This document shows, piece after piece, positions 25,342 to 38,435 of a stretch of DNA of 64,000 bases. The translations under genes and the position numbers were made by a program. Under the pieces are notes generated by a model. It did no database searches and was not told where the DNA came from. It saw nothing but the letters and a program-made list of their open reading frames with translations. Location of the stretch: positions 15,996,001 to 16,060,000 of the forward strand of contig NC_043006.1 in the NCBI RefSeq assembly GCF_006345805.1, given 5' to 3'. Within the stretch, counting starts at the first letter, position 1. Each line of letters begins with the position of its first letter. Source of the DNA: Octopus sinensis. Taxonomy: Eukaryota.

Positions 25342-26608
25342 GAGCCGGTACCTATAATTAAACGGAAGCATTCACTCTGGGACAAACCCTTTGCTGTTTA
25401 GACCTCCACGGCTCGGAGCCACTTGGGGCAATCGTCAGGCGTCAGTCTGCAGAATGGCGTTGTCAGGTATAGTTATACTGTCACGTGGTGCATCTTTGTT
25501 TGCAGTGCTTTTCCCTTGTTCATCGATTTTCGCGACGGTTGAAACGAAGGAACAGTGTGCTTGCGTGAAACTATTTTCTGCTGGGGAAAACGGCGGCGAA
25601 ACAGTTGTCATGCTTCAAACGGCTTAAAGGACGCTGCCATGAGCAAAACACAAGTTTACGAGTGGCTTCCACGCTTAAGGAATGTCCGCTTGTCGCTTGA
25701 AGACCTCGTTGAGGCGGGCGCTCCCGAACGAATGGAAACATCACGAAAATTCACAAACTGAACCTGGAGAGCCATCACCGAACAATTGACGAACTTGTTA
25801 TGACTGGTGTGTCCTGGAGCTCCTGCCAACGAATTTTGAGTGAGGAATTGCGAATGAAAAGAGTTGCAGCAAAATTTGTTCCTCGCTTAATCACGGAAGA
25901 TTAAAAGCAGTCACGACTGAATGCGTGTCGTGAACTGAAAGAACATTTCGGAAGTTGATACTCTTTTACTCTTTTACTTGTTTCAGTCATTTGACTGCGG
26001 CCATGCTGGAGCATTGCCTTTAGTCGAGCAAATCGACACCGGGATTTATTCTTTGAAAGCCCAGTACTTATTCCATCGGTCTCTTTTGCCGAACCGCTAA
26101 GTGACGGGGACGTAAACCAGCATCGGTTGTCAAGCAATGCTAGGGGGACAAACACAAACACACACACACACACACACATACATATATATATATACATATA
26201 TACGACAGGCTTCTTTCAGTTTCCGTCTACCAAATCCACTCACAAGGCATTGGTCGGCCCGGGGCTATAGCAGAAGACACTTGCCTTAGATGCCACGCAG
26301 TGGGACTAAACCCGGAACCATGTGGTTGGTTAGCAAGCTACTTAGCACACAGTCACTCCTGCGGACCTTTTTTCGAAGGTCATTACTGTGACGAAAGCTG
26401 GTACTACGGAATTTGAAGACGCGGAAGAGCTGAAGCAAAGAAACGATAGAGGCGTTAACAGGCATCACTTCGAATAGAGGGAAAAGCGCTTGGACCGATG
26501 CATTGCTTCAAATGGAGAATACTTTGAATGCGATGAAAGTGTAAATATACTTCACTAAGTGAATAAAATAATATTGCAAAATTCCGGTTTCTGTTGGATA
26601 CCCCCACG
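25341..26608 (+). mobile_element. Decayed, internally deleted mariner interrupted by SINE B (25960-26362, minus)
   Basis: EQCACVK, MSKTQVYEW, SCQRILSEELRMKRVAAKFVPRL, ITVDESW-like motifs; degenerate TIRs. Confidence 0.8.
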
Positions 26609-27103
26609 TGCACTTGTGTATACACACACACACACACGCTGCCATGAGCAAAACACAAGTGCATGTGCCTGAAACGTAAGTCTTCTAATCGTTTCTGTTT
26701 TTTTATCTTTGTTCCGTGTTTTATATATAATTCTTATATATATATCAATTAATGCTATTGTATATTTACAAATCAGTGCAGATAAAAAAGTTAGCTTATC
26801 TGATCACTAGAATATTATAGTTACAACTATACCTCCACTCTAAGATTGCATGTTATGTTTTCTCTTTATATGAATAGTTTATGGAAGACCGATTCTGGAT
26901 AAAATTAGCTTGGTAACTTTTATCTTTTACTTGTTCAGTCATTAGAAGAATTTTTGTCGAATATGTATTTGTTAGTCTGGTACTTATTCTACGGGGTTCT
27001 TCACCGAACCACTAAATTTCGGAGAAATTAACACACCAGCACCGATTGTGAAACAGTGTGGGGGTGGACAACTACAGATACAAAGACACACACACACACA
27101 CAC

Positions 27104-27312
27104 GCCATGATAGATCGTTAGCTCCTACACGCATTTTTTTCTCTCCTTGTTTCTCTCCCCGTTTTTTTCTGTGTATCTTTATGTCGAAGAGCATAGGCTC
27201 GAAACGTAAAAGACTTTTTCTATTTCCATTCCTGAGCGCTATACTAATACATTTATTTGTTTGTACTCCACTTGCCTTCGACCTTTGCTTATTTTCGTAA
27301 ACTTTCCCTTTA
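27104..27312 (+). mobile_element. Solo terminal repeat of the Neptune-type PLE family
   Basis: Colinear with 53420-53629, including GAAGAGC.TAGGCTCGAAACGT.AAAGAC; ends in (TA)n. Confidence 0.8.
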
Positions 27313-27393
27313 TATATTATATATATATATATATATTATATATATAGAGAGCGAGAGAGAGAGAGAGAGATGAGGAGAGAGAGAGAGATAGAT

Positions 27394-27465
<72 letters not shown>

Positions 27466-27549
27466 TCAGATGAATAGGGTACTTAAGTTGAGGCACCAGA
27501 ATTTAGTACGGGTCATTCGAAGCCTTTAAAATATATATATATATATATA

Positions 27550-28430
27550 TATAGTGGAATAAATAAAATATATGCATACATACAAACATATATGTACGTA
27601 CCGACATCTACATGTATATATACATGCATATATAAATATATATATACGTACAGGACACCACAAGAAGACGTAAAAATCAACAGAAACGAAACGGAAAAGC
27701 CATTTTGTTACAACAGAAGGACAGAGACGTGGAACAAGACGAAACGAAAACGGGAAAAACAACTATGTACAGCAGAAAAACGAAGTACAGGACATGCTGC
27801 ACAAGGAAAAATCCCCTTCATCAGCTGTCGCTAGCAGACATAGCGTGTTTCGAAGGCAAGACAGGACACGTATGTCATGCTAAGCCTTCCTACGAGAGAA
27901 TTAAAATAAAATAACCTCGTAGAGAGGTAAAACGAGCAAGAAAAAAATGTAACACAAAAAGGGACGTAACAAAGAACTGCACAAAAAATACAAGAAAAAA
28001 ATACAAAATTAAAGATACATGTACAAGAAAATACAAAACGAGAATTAAATTACAATACGAGAAATCAAAATAAACAAGAGAACAAACGAAAAAGACGAAC
28101 GAAGGCCTTTGTTCTGGCGGGGACGAGAAGGTAACTGGCGAATGCTGGGAAACATGACCTTAGGGCCTGAATGCAACAGGCGAAAGGATTAGCAGTTACG
28201 AAAGTGAGGAGGAGTGGGAGAGAGAGAGAGAGAGAGAGAGACAGATAGAGGAAGACACGCGGCTAGAGAGAAGGGTGAGGCAGAGAGAGAAAGAGAGAGA
28301 GAGGGGAAGGCAAAGCAAAGTGAGAGAATTTCGCGTCATTGTAGTAAACTGTAAAACAAACTGGGAGGAAAGAGTTGGAACGAAGTGAGAATTCGAAAAA
28401 TCGAAATTTCGAATGAAGGATGATCCAGTT
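27550..28430 (-). mobile_element. Probable PLE-type 3' region (pyrimidine-rich tract plus terminal repeat)
   Basis: 27550-27900 is related to 30970-31435 and 41190-41775; ends in (TA)n. Confidence 0.55.
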
Positions 28431-28565
28431 CTTGACTGAAGATTAAAGGCTTGAATGACCCGTCCGTGTTTTTGTATTGTCTATCTGGATGTTATGCTCC
28501 TTGTCCCATTTTGTATATAGATATATATTATATATATTATATATATCTATATATATATATATATA

Positions 28566-29139
28566 TAATAGTTATCGCCATACTAATATGGCATTCTTAT
28601 AAAAATAAGAATAAAGCTGTCCGCTTATTAGCTCCATGAGGCCATCGCCTTAAGTTAGCTATTTGATACACAAACTGTATCCATATAACCTTCGAACAAG
28701 GGAGGTCAGTCGCTCCACACTACTTTACCGGCAGCTACAGACGCGTTTCGGGGTATTGCCCCTTTTCAATGCAGCGTAGCCAGCCAGTAGGTGTCGCTTC
28801 CGACAATCTCTGTTCGATGGTTTTATTTACCTAGTTTCGGTGGAATACATCCACTTCTTTTCAATAATAGAAATATTAAAATTACTAAGTCTCTCTAAAA
28901 GAGAACAGCGGCAGCGTTCCCGGAAAATAATAGTTATCGCCATACTAATATGGCATTCTTATATGGATACAGTTTGCGTATCAAATAGCTAACTTAAGGC
29001 GATGGCCTCATGGAGCTAATAAGCGGACAGCTTTATTCTTATTTTTATAAGAATGCCATATTAGTATGGCGATAACTATTATTTTCCGGGAACGCTGCCG
29101 CTGTTCTCTTTTAGAGAGACTTAGTAATTTTAATATTTC

Positions 29140-29145
<6 letters not shown>
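28566..29145 (-). mobile_element. 362-bp unit (1.1 copies) plus an inverted partial copy, with decayed hammerhead, inside (TA)n
   Basis: TAATAGTTATCGCCATACTAATATGGC at 28566 and 28928; inverted arm 28959-29145. Confidence 0.8.
28734..28775 (-). ncRNA. Type I minimal hammerhead motif with mutated core
   Basis: GCUGCA UUGAAAA GGGG-CAAUA-CCCC GAAA CGCG UC^UGUAGC: all three helices intact, core two changes from CUGAAGA. Confidence 0.65.
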
Positions 29146-29179
<34 letters not shown>

Positions 29180-29521
29180 CGACGGGCTTTCTTCAGTTTC
29201 TGTCTACAACATCCACTCACAAGGCTTTGGTCGGCCGGAAACTATAGTACAAGACACTTGTCTAAGGTGCCACGCAGTGGGACTGAACTCCGAAGCCTGT
29301 GGTTAAGAAACAAGCTTCTTACCGCATAGCCACGCCTTAGCCTATGGTCATTAAAAATGAATGTATTTCGTTTCATATCGATTAATGTGCTCGATCTAAG
29401 TTCAGGAAATTGACCATCCTTAATGTTAACAAAAAGCAGTCAGGGATAAAATAGAATGTAAAGTACTTATCGCAAATAAAACATTGAAAAGCATGTAGCA
29501 GTACATATATAAAATGTAAAA

Positions 29522-29858
29522 GGGGTAAAGACCCCCTTCGGTCATGAATGACCATGGGATTGCACCTAGAAAGTTACCCTCCTAGACACAAGTCCGGGCA
29601 AGGTTGTTTTATGGAAGACCAGCAGTTGTCCATGCATACCAGCCTCCCCTCTCCACGCCATCAGTGTTATCCAAGGGAAAGACAAAGGTCGATACAGCTT
29701 GGCACCGGTGACGTCGCAACTCATTTCTACAGCTGAGTGGACTGGAGCAACGTGAAATAAAGTGCTTTGCTCAAGAACACAACACGCAGCCCGGTCCGGG
29801 ATTCGAGCTCACAACCTCACGATCGTAAGCTCGACGCTCTAACCACTGAGCCATGCAC
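29522..29858 (-). mobile_element. SINE family D
   Basis: Reverse complement of 4279-4615. Confidence 0.88.
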
Positions 29859-30038
29859 TGTAATGTAAGTGAATTCAATAAGGAACAAACAGCTGGAGAT
29901 ATAAAGGATAAACCAAGCTATAGTATTGAATAGTTACTTTCAGACAGGGTTAAAAGATCAAAGAGCCCTAAATACTTTCTATATCAATGTAATGTAGTGA
30001 AACCAAAACAATACTCATGCCTACGTAGAAAGACATAT

Positions 30039-30418
30039 GGAATGGAATGGAAGCACTCCGTCGGTTGCGACGATGAGGGTTCCGGTTGATCCGAATCACG
30101 GAACAGCCTGCTCGTGAAATTAACGTGTAAGTGGCTGAGCACTCCACAGACACGTGTACCCTTACGTAGTCTCGGGGATATTCAGCGTGACACAGAGAGT
30201 GACAAGGCCGGCCCCTTGAAATACAGGTACAACAGAAACAGGAAGTAAGAGTGAGAAAGAGTACAGCAGGGATCACCACCATCCCCTGCCGGAGCCTCGT
30301 GGAGCTTTAGGTGTTTTCGCTCAATAAACATTCACAACGCCCGGTCTGGGAATCGAAACCGCGATCCTATGACCGCGAGTCCGCTGCCCTAACCACTGGG
30401 CCATTGCGCCTCCACTAA
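30039..30418 (-). mobile_element. SINE family C, full length
   Basis: 12-bp TSD AGAAAGACATAT (30027-30038, 30419-30430); (TTCCA)n tail. Confidence 0.9.
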
Positions 30419-30969
30419 AGAAAGACATATACATAGGTATTGATATACTAAAAATACACAAACACACTCACATAGATGTTATAGTCTTATAATCATTAAT
30501 ATACATAGAGACCACACGAACACGAACATTATACACGCAAACATATATGTATATATACACATAAGTATAAAGACATACAGACATAAATATGTACAGAAAC
30601 ACGCATAAACCTATGCAGATAATATAAATATATATACACATGCATATAAAAATATACATATGAATACATATATGCGTGTGCATGATTAAGGCTGCGAAAC
30701 GGGCGTAACTCTAAGGATGACAAATAATTAAATGAATATATTCACCTCTCATATATTCACCTCGATCTACCTTGATATAATTATATACATACGTAGATTA
30801 ATATTAATTTAATGTATTAACTGCCTATAAACTTTTATAGCATGCTGACTACTGATAAAAATTCTGAACGTGATTTTTATCCTTATATTTTCTTTTGAAT
30901 AATATATATATATATATATACTATATAATATATATATATATAATATATAATATATATATATATATATAT

Positions 30970-31435
30970 AAATCCGCGTTCGTAATACTTTTTTTCGTTC
31001 GGCGTTAACAGCCCTTCTTATCTTGCTTTTCCTTGTCCTGTTTTTTACTGTTTATAATTTGTACTGTCGTTACTGTCCTGTTTTTGTTACCATTTTTTAC
31101 CCCTCTGCGAAAAGATCTCAAAATTTTAATTGATTTGCTTTTCGCAGGAAGGAAAGTTGCTTGTCGAAGATACGTCTCGCTTTCACCTTCGAAACGTAGA
31201 GTGGATGAAACCATAGCAACTGAAGAAGGGGTTTTTCTTTGTGTTAATTGTCCTGTACTCTATTTTTTATTGTTTAAAAAAATGTCCAGTTCCTTGGGTT
31301 TGTGTCTATGTTTTCGTTTCTCATTGTGTTCGACGTCCTTTTGGTGTCCTGTACTCATATATGCGTGTATATGTACATGTAGAGGTAGGTACGTACATAT
31401 ATGTTTATATATATGCATATGTTTTATTTATTAAT
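30970..31435 (+). mobile_element. Non-coding repeat of the 41190-41775 family
   Basis: Colinear with 41420-41775; (TA)n flanks. Confidence 0.7.
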
Positions 31436-32107
31436 ATATATATATATACAGAAACACGCATAAATATATGCAGATAATATAAATATATATACACATGCAT
31501 ATAAAAATATACATATAAATACATATATGTATGTGCATGATTAAGGATGCGAAACGGGCGTAACCCTAAGGATGACAAATAATTAAATGAATATATTCAC
31601 CTCTCACACCTCCCAATTTGATATGGTCTCTCTCTCTTTCTCTCTCTCTCTTTCTCTCTCTCTCCTTCTCTCTCTCTCTCTCTCCCTCTCGCTCTCTCCC
31701 TCTCTCTCTCTTTCTCTCTCTGTATATATAAGAATATATATATATTTAAAAACTACCAAAAGCTCCAGCTAAAATATACACATGAATTGGTTTCAATTTC
31801 TGTATTAAAGCAAAATATATCTTTTTTTTCATCGTAGCACAATATAGGGATAGGGTAAATATATTTTCTCTCACTAGCCCGGTTTCAGCCACGTGTATAT
31901 TTTAGCTGGAGTTTTTGGTAGCTTTTGAAGCCATCATCACTTCAAGCAAGCTAGAAAAAGGTCGTTTTCGCCCGATCTACCTTGATATAGTTATATACAT
32001 ACATACATTATTATTAATTTAATGTATTAGCTGCTTATAAATGTTTATAGCATGCTGACTACTTGATAAAAATCATGAACGTGATTTTATCCTTATATTC
32101 TCTTATG

Positions 32108-32152
<45 letters not shown>

Positions 32153-32249
32153 ATTAGGGCTTAGTAAAATAAATTACTTTGCCACATACTATTAATTAAT
32201 TTTACCCTCAATTGTTGATATATATATATATATATATATAAGAAATATA

Positions 32250-32910
32250 CGAGGGTAAGTCAAAAGTTAGCCATACTTTTGCTATAATATGTCTTTATTA
32301 TGGTCACACTGTCTTCTGCACCTACGTTCTTATAGTTGGTATTATTGTTGTCACGTGATTGAAGTTTGAGCCTGATGAGGCTGTCTCTATTTCTGGTTTT
32401 ACTGTGTAAGCATGCCCGCTCCACTAGCAACGTGCACCAAAGAAGAACAAGGATCAGTGTTCCGATTTCTCTGGAAAAGGGGTGCACGATCAACAGTGCA
32501 AGATACAGTGCTTTGCTGGCCAACAATTCACACCAAACGTCGAAGCCTATTGCCGAAGAAAGTTTTGTTGTTGCATGACAATGCACGCCCACACACGGCC
32601 GCCCAGACCGTTGAAACTATTAACCAATGGGTTTTGAGGTGCTGGAATATCCTGCCTACAGCCCAGATCTCGTCACTTCCGACAATCATCTCTTTGTAAC
32701 GCCCGCTCAAAGATGGTTTACAAGGTCATCGTCGATTTCCTACGGATGAAGACGTGCAGGAGGAGGCGATACGCAAGCTTGTGGACCGCTTGACCAAGTG
32801 CATCGAAAAGGAAGGGGTCAATATAGAAAAATGACGTACCTGTTTATCCCTTGTTTTGTGTAAATACATTGAAAAAAACAGGAGTTAGTGTAGTTTTTGA
32901 CTCTTCCTCG
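32250..32910 (+). mobile_element. Internally deleted mariner (DD34D type)
   Basis: TA|CGAGGGTAAGTCAAAA ... TTTTGACTCTTCCTCG|TA TIRs; LLHDNARPH and YSPDL..SD motifs. Confidence 0.88.
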
Positions 32911-34630
32911 TAGATCCATACACAAACATGTAAAATGTACTTTTATACAATATATTACAACCATCACCAAACTGCTTGCTTATTCAAGTTTGCAATTAGC
33001 TATCCTTACCCAGTGACATATTGATGTCATTCCTCAGCCAAAATTCTTAGGTTTCAGACAGAAAATATTACATGATGTCTTTCGCAGAAGATTGCAGGGC
33101 ACTCAGTCAGTAGGATCTTAGAAAACTAACCTAAACTGTCAGTTACTTGCATTCTATAGTCAGTGATGATATGGATTGTGTTGGCAACTAAAACTATGTA
33201 TACGTTCAATGCATCTAATGTAAATCATCACAAATTGTTATGGGAGTTAAACTATTGCATTTCGCTGGCTTAAAGCGAACAGTTGTGTAATCGGATATCC
33301 CTTCCAATTAATTCACTCCAAACAGACCGCACAAACCATAATCCAGAAAAGAAATTTGAGCGTTAAATTTACGATTATATATTAGTTTTGATTTCTTATA
33401 TTTGTGTGTATTTTGACATATAGCTGCATGTGAAATTGTTGTTAACGTATGTGTTTTTTTATCGATTTCTTCATTAGAATTAATTGATTAATTACTGTTG
33501 TTGTTGTTGTTATTGTTGTTTTTGTTATCGTTGTTGCTGTTGTTTAGCTCCGTGTCAACGTTTATGGAGGAGGCTTATAACAAAGTATTCAGACCGCATC
33601 TATATCATAAATTTAATGGGATCTAAGACAACACTATCGGATGTCCCATTCTCCGTTTTTAAGACAGCAGGCTGTGATTTCAGTAAATTTTGAATACTAT
33701 TCCTAGAAAGTCTAGTGACCACGTAGAAATGGCCTAGAAGCACCGAATAGCTAACATCTTGTAAAACAGATATCTTTTACCGAATTTCGATTCACATCTC
33801 TGTGCTATTGCTTCCGTTACTTATGCTCTCGGGAAAACCAAAAAGTATTACAACTCTCATTTATTGCAAGTATCTCTCTGATACATAATGTTAAATAAGA
33901 ATATCAAATATACAGATATACTACGTTTAAAGTTAACACATTTCATTTCGGTGTAAAATAATTACGTCATCTTTTTCCATATCATTCAACGAGTCAATAT
34001 AACATAGAAATAAAGAGAATTATCAATTAGCAACAATTGTGAGGTACGTACATTCAACTCCACTCTTTATTGCTCTCATTTTCGTATCTTTCGTACATCG
34101 TCGTTACTTCCTTGTTCTTTTTCTTTACTTTCGTCTACCTCCTGTTATACAATTCACATGAGTTAACTCGTTAATGAATATCATCATGGAATTAATTTTC
34201 ATTATCAATCTGGTAACGAATGATATTATAGGATAATAATTGATTTTCAGTGCAGTCAAATACAGCAATGCCGTCAGCAATAACGTAGTCATTAATAAAC
34301 ATTATCCAACACACGGTATACTTCCGGCAATTTATAATATTGAATGTATTAATATGGTTGCTAGTAATATTAACTTCATTTCACTTGCCGAACAGTACTA
34401 CATCATGGTTTGTAATGAAGCAGAAAGTATGATACATTATAATGGCCATTCAATCCCAAAGGAAACGGGTTAAGTGATGTGATATGGATTTAAATTAATA
34501 TCTTGGTGAGCTAAGAAGTTGTTATTACGAAACCATTTTGCTTTCTTTTCATACATGCGAAATGTCCTATATTTTGCAACTGAATGGCAATACGGGATTT
34601 CTGAAGTTCAAGTGCAAAAATAAGAGCATT

Positions 34631-35129
<499 letters not shown>

Positions 35130-35869
35130 CTATCCTGGTGATTTAGATAAAGTGAATTACCTAACTGTAAACGCAGAAGACTTAAGAAAAGAGTACGTTA
35201 GCATCGTGATAATCTGTACTCAATTATTGATATCCATTACCTGTACCGTTATGGTAAGCTCCCAATTTTGTAGAACAGTTTCTATCCTCATTTCCGTTAT
35301 TTTACTAATTGCGTCTTTCATGTCATTGAGATTGTTTAAAGCTCTCGCTTAAAATGTAACACAGACAAAACAAAGACACAATATTTGGTATATATCAATG
35401 CTTCAGTCATTGTTTTCGTAGAAAACAACGATGTTTTAAAAAGAGACAATCGGAAGTTTAGTTCGTACCTTGACCAACGGAAGTAGCAGCATAAATAGCA
35501 TAGAAATGCGTGAACAAGAAATTGAAATGTAGTGATCTCCGCTATTGGCAACTTCCCGTCTGCTGTATGGGGATTATCTTGTTATATTTAGCTCATCTCA
35601 AACCCACTAACTTTAAAGGGAAGTATTGATCAATGCCAGTAGATTTCAGATGCATTTTAATGATTCCTGAAGGAAAACAATCATGATCGATTTAGGGCTG
35701 ACCTTTGAAGGGCTGATATTAATTATTGTAGTAAGAACAGCCACTTTTTCATTTTAGATGCGATTCCAACACTGTTTTATAAAGAGGAAAATGCGTTTTC
35801 GATCATACTCCCAATTATCTGGTTGGTTTGTTAAACAATAATTATAGCTCCACTTTACAGTAATAATAA

Positions 35870-36272
35870 ATATTCTTCTCTGCTTTAGGCACAAGGCGGA
35901 AAATTTTGGAGGAGGGGGCCAGTCGATGAGATCGACCCCAGTATGCAACTGGTACTTAATTTATTGATCTCGAAAGGATGAAAGGCAAAGTCGACCGCGG
36001 TGGAATTTGAACTCAGAACTTAAAAACAGACGAAATACCTATTTCTTTACTACCCACAAGGGGCTAAACATAGAGAAGACAAACAAGGACAGACAAACGG
36101 ATTAAGTCGATTACATCGACCCCAGTGCGTAACTGGTACTTAATCTATCGACCCCGAAAGGATGAAAGACAAAGTCGACCTCGACGGAATTTGAACTCAG
36201 AACGTAACGGCAGATGAAATACGGCTACGCATTTCGCCCGGCGTGCTATCGTTTCTGCCAGCTCGCCGCCTT
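35870..36272 (-). mobile_element. SINE family A dimer
   Basis: Two B-box/core modules in tandem. Confidence 0.88.
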
Positions 36273-37640
36273 AATAATAATTATCATTAATAATGACGCG
36301 ATATATTAGACTGCAGAAAATGTCGTTTTATAAATAAATATTAGGCGATTTATCCCCGCATATCTTATGTAATATGATTGTATTTTTGTGTATCTACACT
36401 TAATATTTAGTTTTGTGTCTATAAGCATTTTTGAAGTTCTTAACTCCGTTAAGTGATATAAATTTTTAAAGCAAAAATGAATTGTTATGAAGTGGATGAA
36501 GTGTTGTTGAAAACTCCTGGAACGAAACGTTTTTGAAGTGAATAAAAGTTGGGTGTTTAATATCCTTCTAAAAGCAACGTTTTCTCTTAATGAAATTTCG
36601 TTAATATTTCGCTAATTGAAGATAAACAACTAAATTAATTTATAAGATAAAATTAATTAAACAATAACAATAATAGATCTAATATATTTCCAAACATAAA
36701 ACTAAAATCTTTGTTAATATTTGTCTAAAAAAATATTAGCTTTCATTTATTTATCTATATTATTTTGAATTGATATGATCGAAAATATTATTGATATACA
36801 GATCAGAGAAGAAAAAAATCTAAAACGGTTTCTCATTAAATCTTAATATTGACGTCTGTATGGTGGGGTAACAGACAATATTTTAAATCTTGTTTATTAT
36901 GTACTTAGGCTATGTTAATTACCTTATATATTTTTACTTTTGGGTACGGTTTCTATTTCTCAAAATCTTCCATTCCAATGGCTTTAGGCCAATCTATGAA
37001 ATTATTATATCCTGTTATATTAGAGAGATATATCTTATTAATATTATCGCTGTTTTCAATATCTAATATAGTTTTCACATTCGTAGATTTTGGTAAAGTG
37101 TAGAAAAATTCTGTTGAGGTCACGTCACTGCTGAACAATCGAGATGAATGCACATAATTTACGCAATTATTTAGAAAGAAAGAGCACAACAGTTAAGTCG
37201 GTAAATAGATATATGATATAGTTTTCTTGTACACATGGGCGCAATATTGCCAATGTGGTACGAAGCCTGCTTCGCTCACGGTAGGTCTCATGCTCGACCC
37301 CACTGCATGCTATCTCGGGCAAATAGCACTTTCTTTATCCTCTATTTAATCTTTGCTTAATGAGAGGAAATTGGGTAGACGGGAATTGTATAAAAGTGCG
37401 TCAGGTAGATTGTGATGATAAATTGAAAAGATACGGTTTTACCCTTCACAGAATCACGCTGGTTCTTCCATAAAATATATAATTTTTATTTTCTTTTTAC
37501 TTAGGAGTTTGAGTCTTATAAGTTAACGTCTATAGAATACTAGGTCACTGGGATATGAAATACCTTTCGAGATTAAATAAATAGTTTCGCAATCCCCCTC
37601 TTATCTCTATAGCAGTATTTTACTTCAGTATTACAATATA

Positions 37641-37869
37641 TGTTTTCTTATTACCCACAAGGGGCTAAACATATAGGGAACAAACAAAGACAGACAAACG
37701 AATTAAGTCGATTACAACGACCCCAGTGTGTAACTGGTCCTTAATTTATCGACCGCGAAAGGATGAAAGGCAAAGTCGACCTCGGCAGAATTTGAACTCA
37801 GAACGCAGCGGCGAACGAAATACCGCAAAGCATTTCGCCCGGTGTGCTAACGATTCTGCCAGCTCGCCT
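37641..37869 (-). mobile_element. SINE family A monomer
   Basis: TSD TCAGTATTACAATATA on both sides (~37625-37640, ~37870-37885). Confidence 0.88.
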
Positions 37870-38031
37870 TCAGTATTACAATATAAATTTGCACTTGTCA
37901 TTTATACCGTCTGCAAGACATAGAATGCAGGAAATTGATCATTAGATTGATCAATCTAAAGATCATGGGTGCGCTTTAGCTTCAGTCATCTGTACTTCTT
38001 ACCTTGTAAAAATTATTAATCTCCAGACAAA

Positions 38032-38435
38032 TAAGGCAGTAATCTGGTAGAAACGTTAGCAGGCCGGGGCGAAATGCTTAGCGGTATTTCCTCTGCCGTT
38101 ACGTTCTGAGTTCAAATTCCGCCGAGGTCGACTTTGCCTTTCATCCTTTCGGGGTCGATAAATTAAGTACCAGTTACGCACTGGGGTCTATATAATCGAC
38201 TTAATCCGTTTTTCTGTCCTTGTTTGTCCCTTCTGTATTTAGCCCCTTGTGGGTAGTAAAGAAATAGGTATTTCGTCTGCCTTTACGTTCTGAGTTCAAA
38301 TTCCGCCGAGGTCGAATTTGCCTTTCATCCTTTCGGCGTTGACAAATTAAGTAGCAGTTGCGTACTGGGGTGGATCTAATCGACTGGTCCCCTCGCCCCA
38401 AAACTTTCGAGCCTTTTGCCTAGAGTAGAAAAGAA
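38032..38435 (+). mobile_element. SINE family A dimer
   Basis: Matches 58363-58765. Confidence 0.88.

Noticed and set aside
31868-31945. GTGATGA...GAAACCGG on the minus strand
   Set aside because: Core is mutated and neither stem I nor stem II pairs
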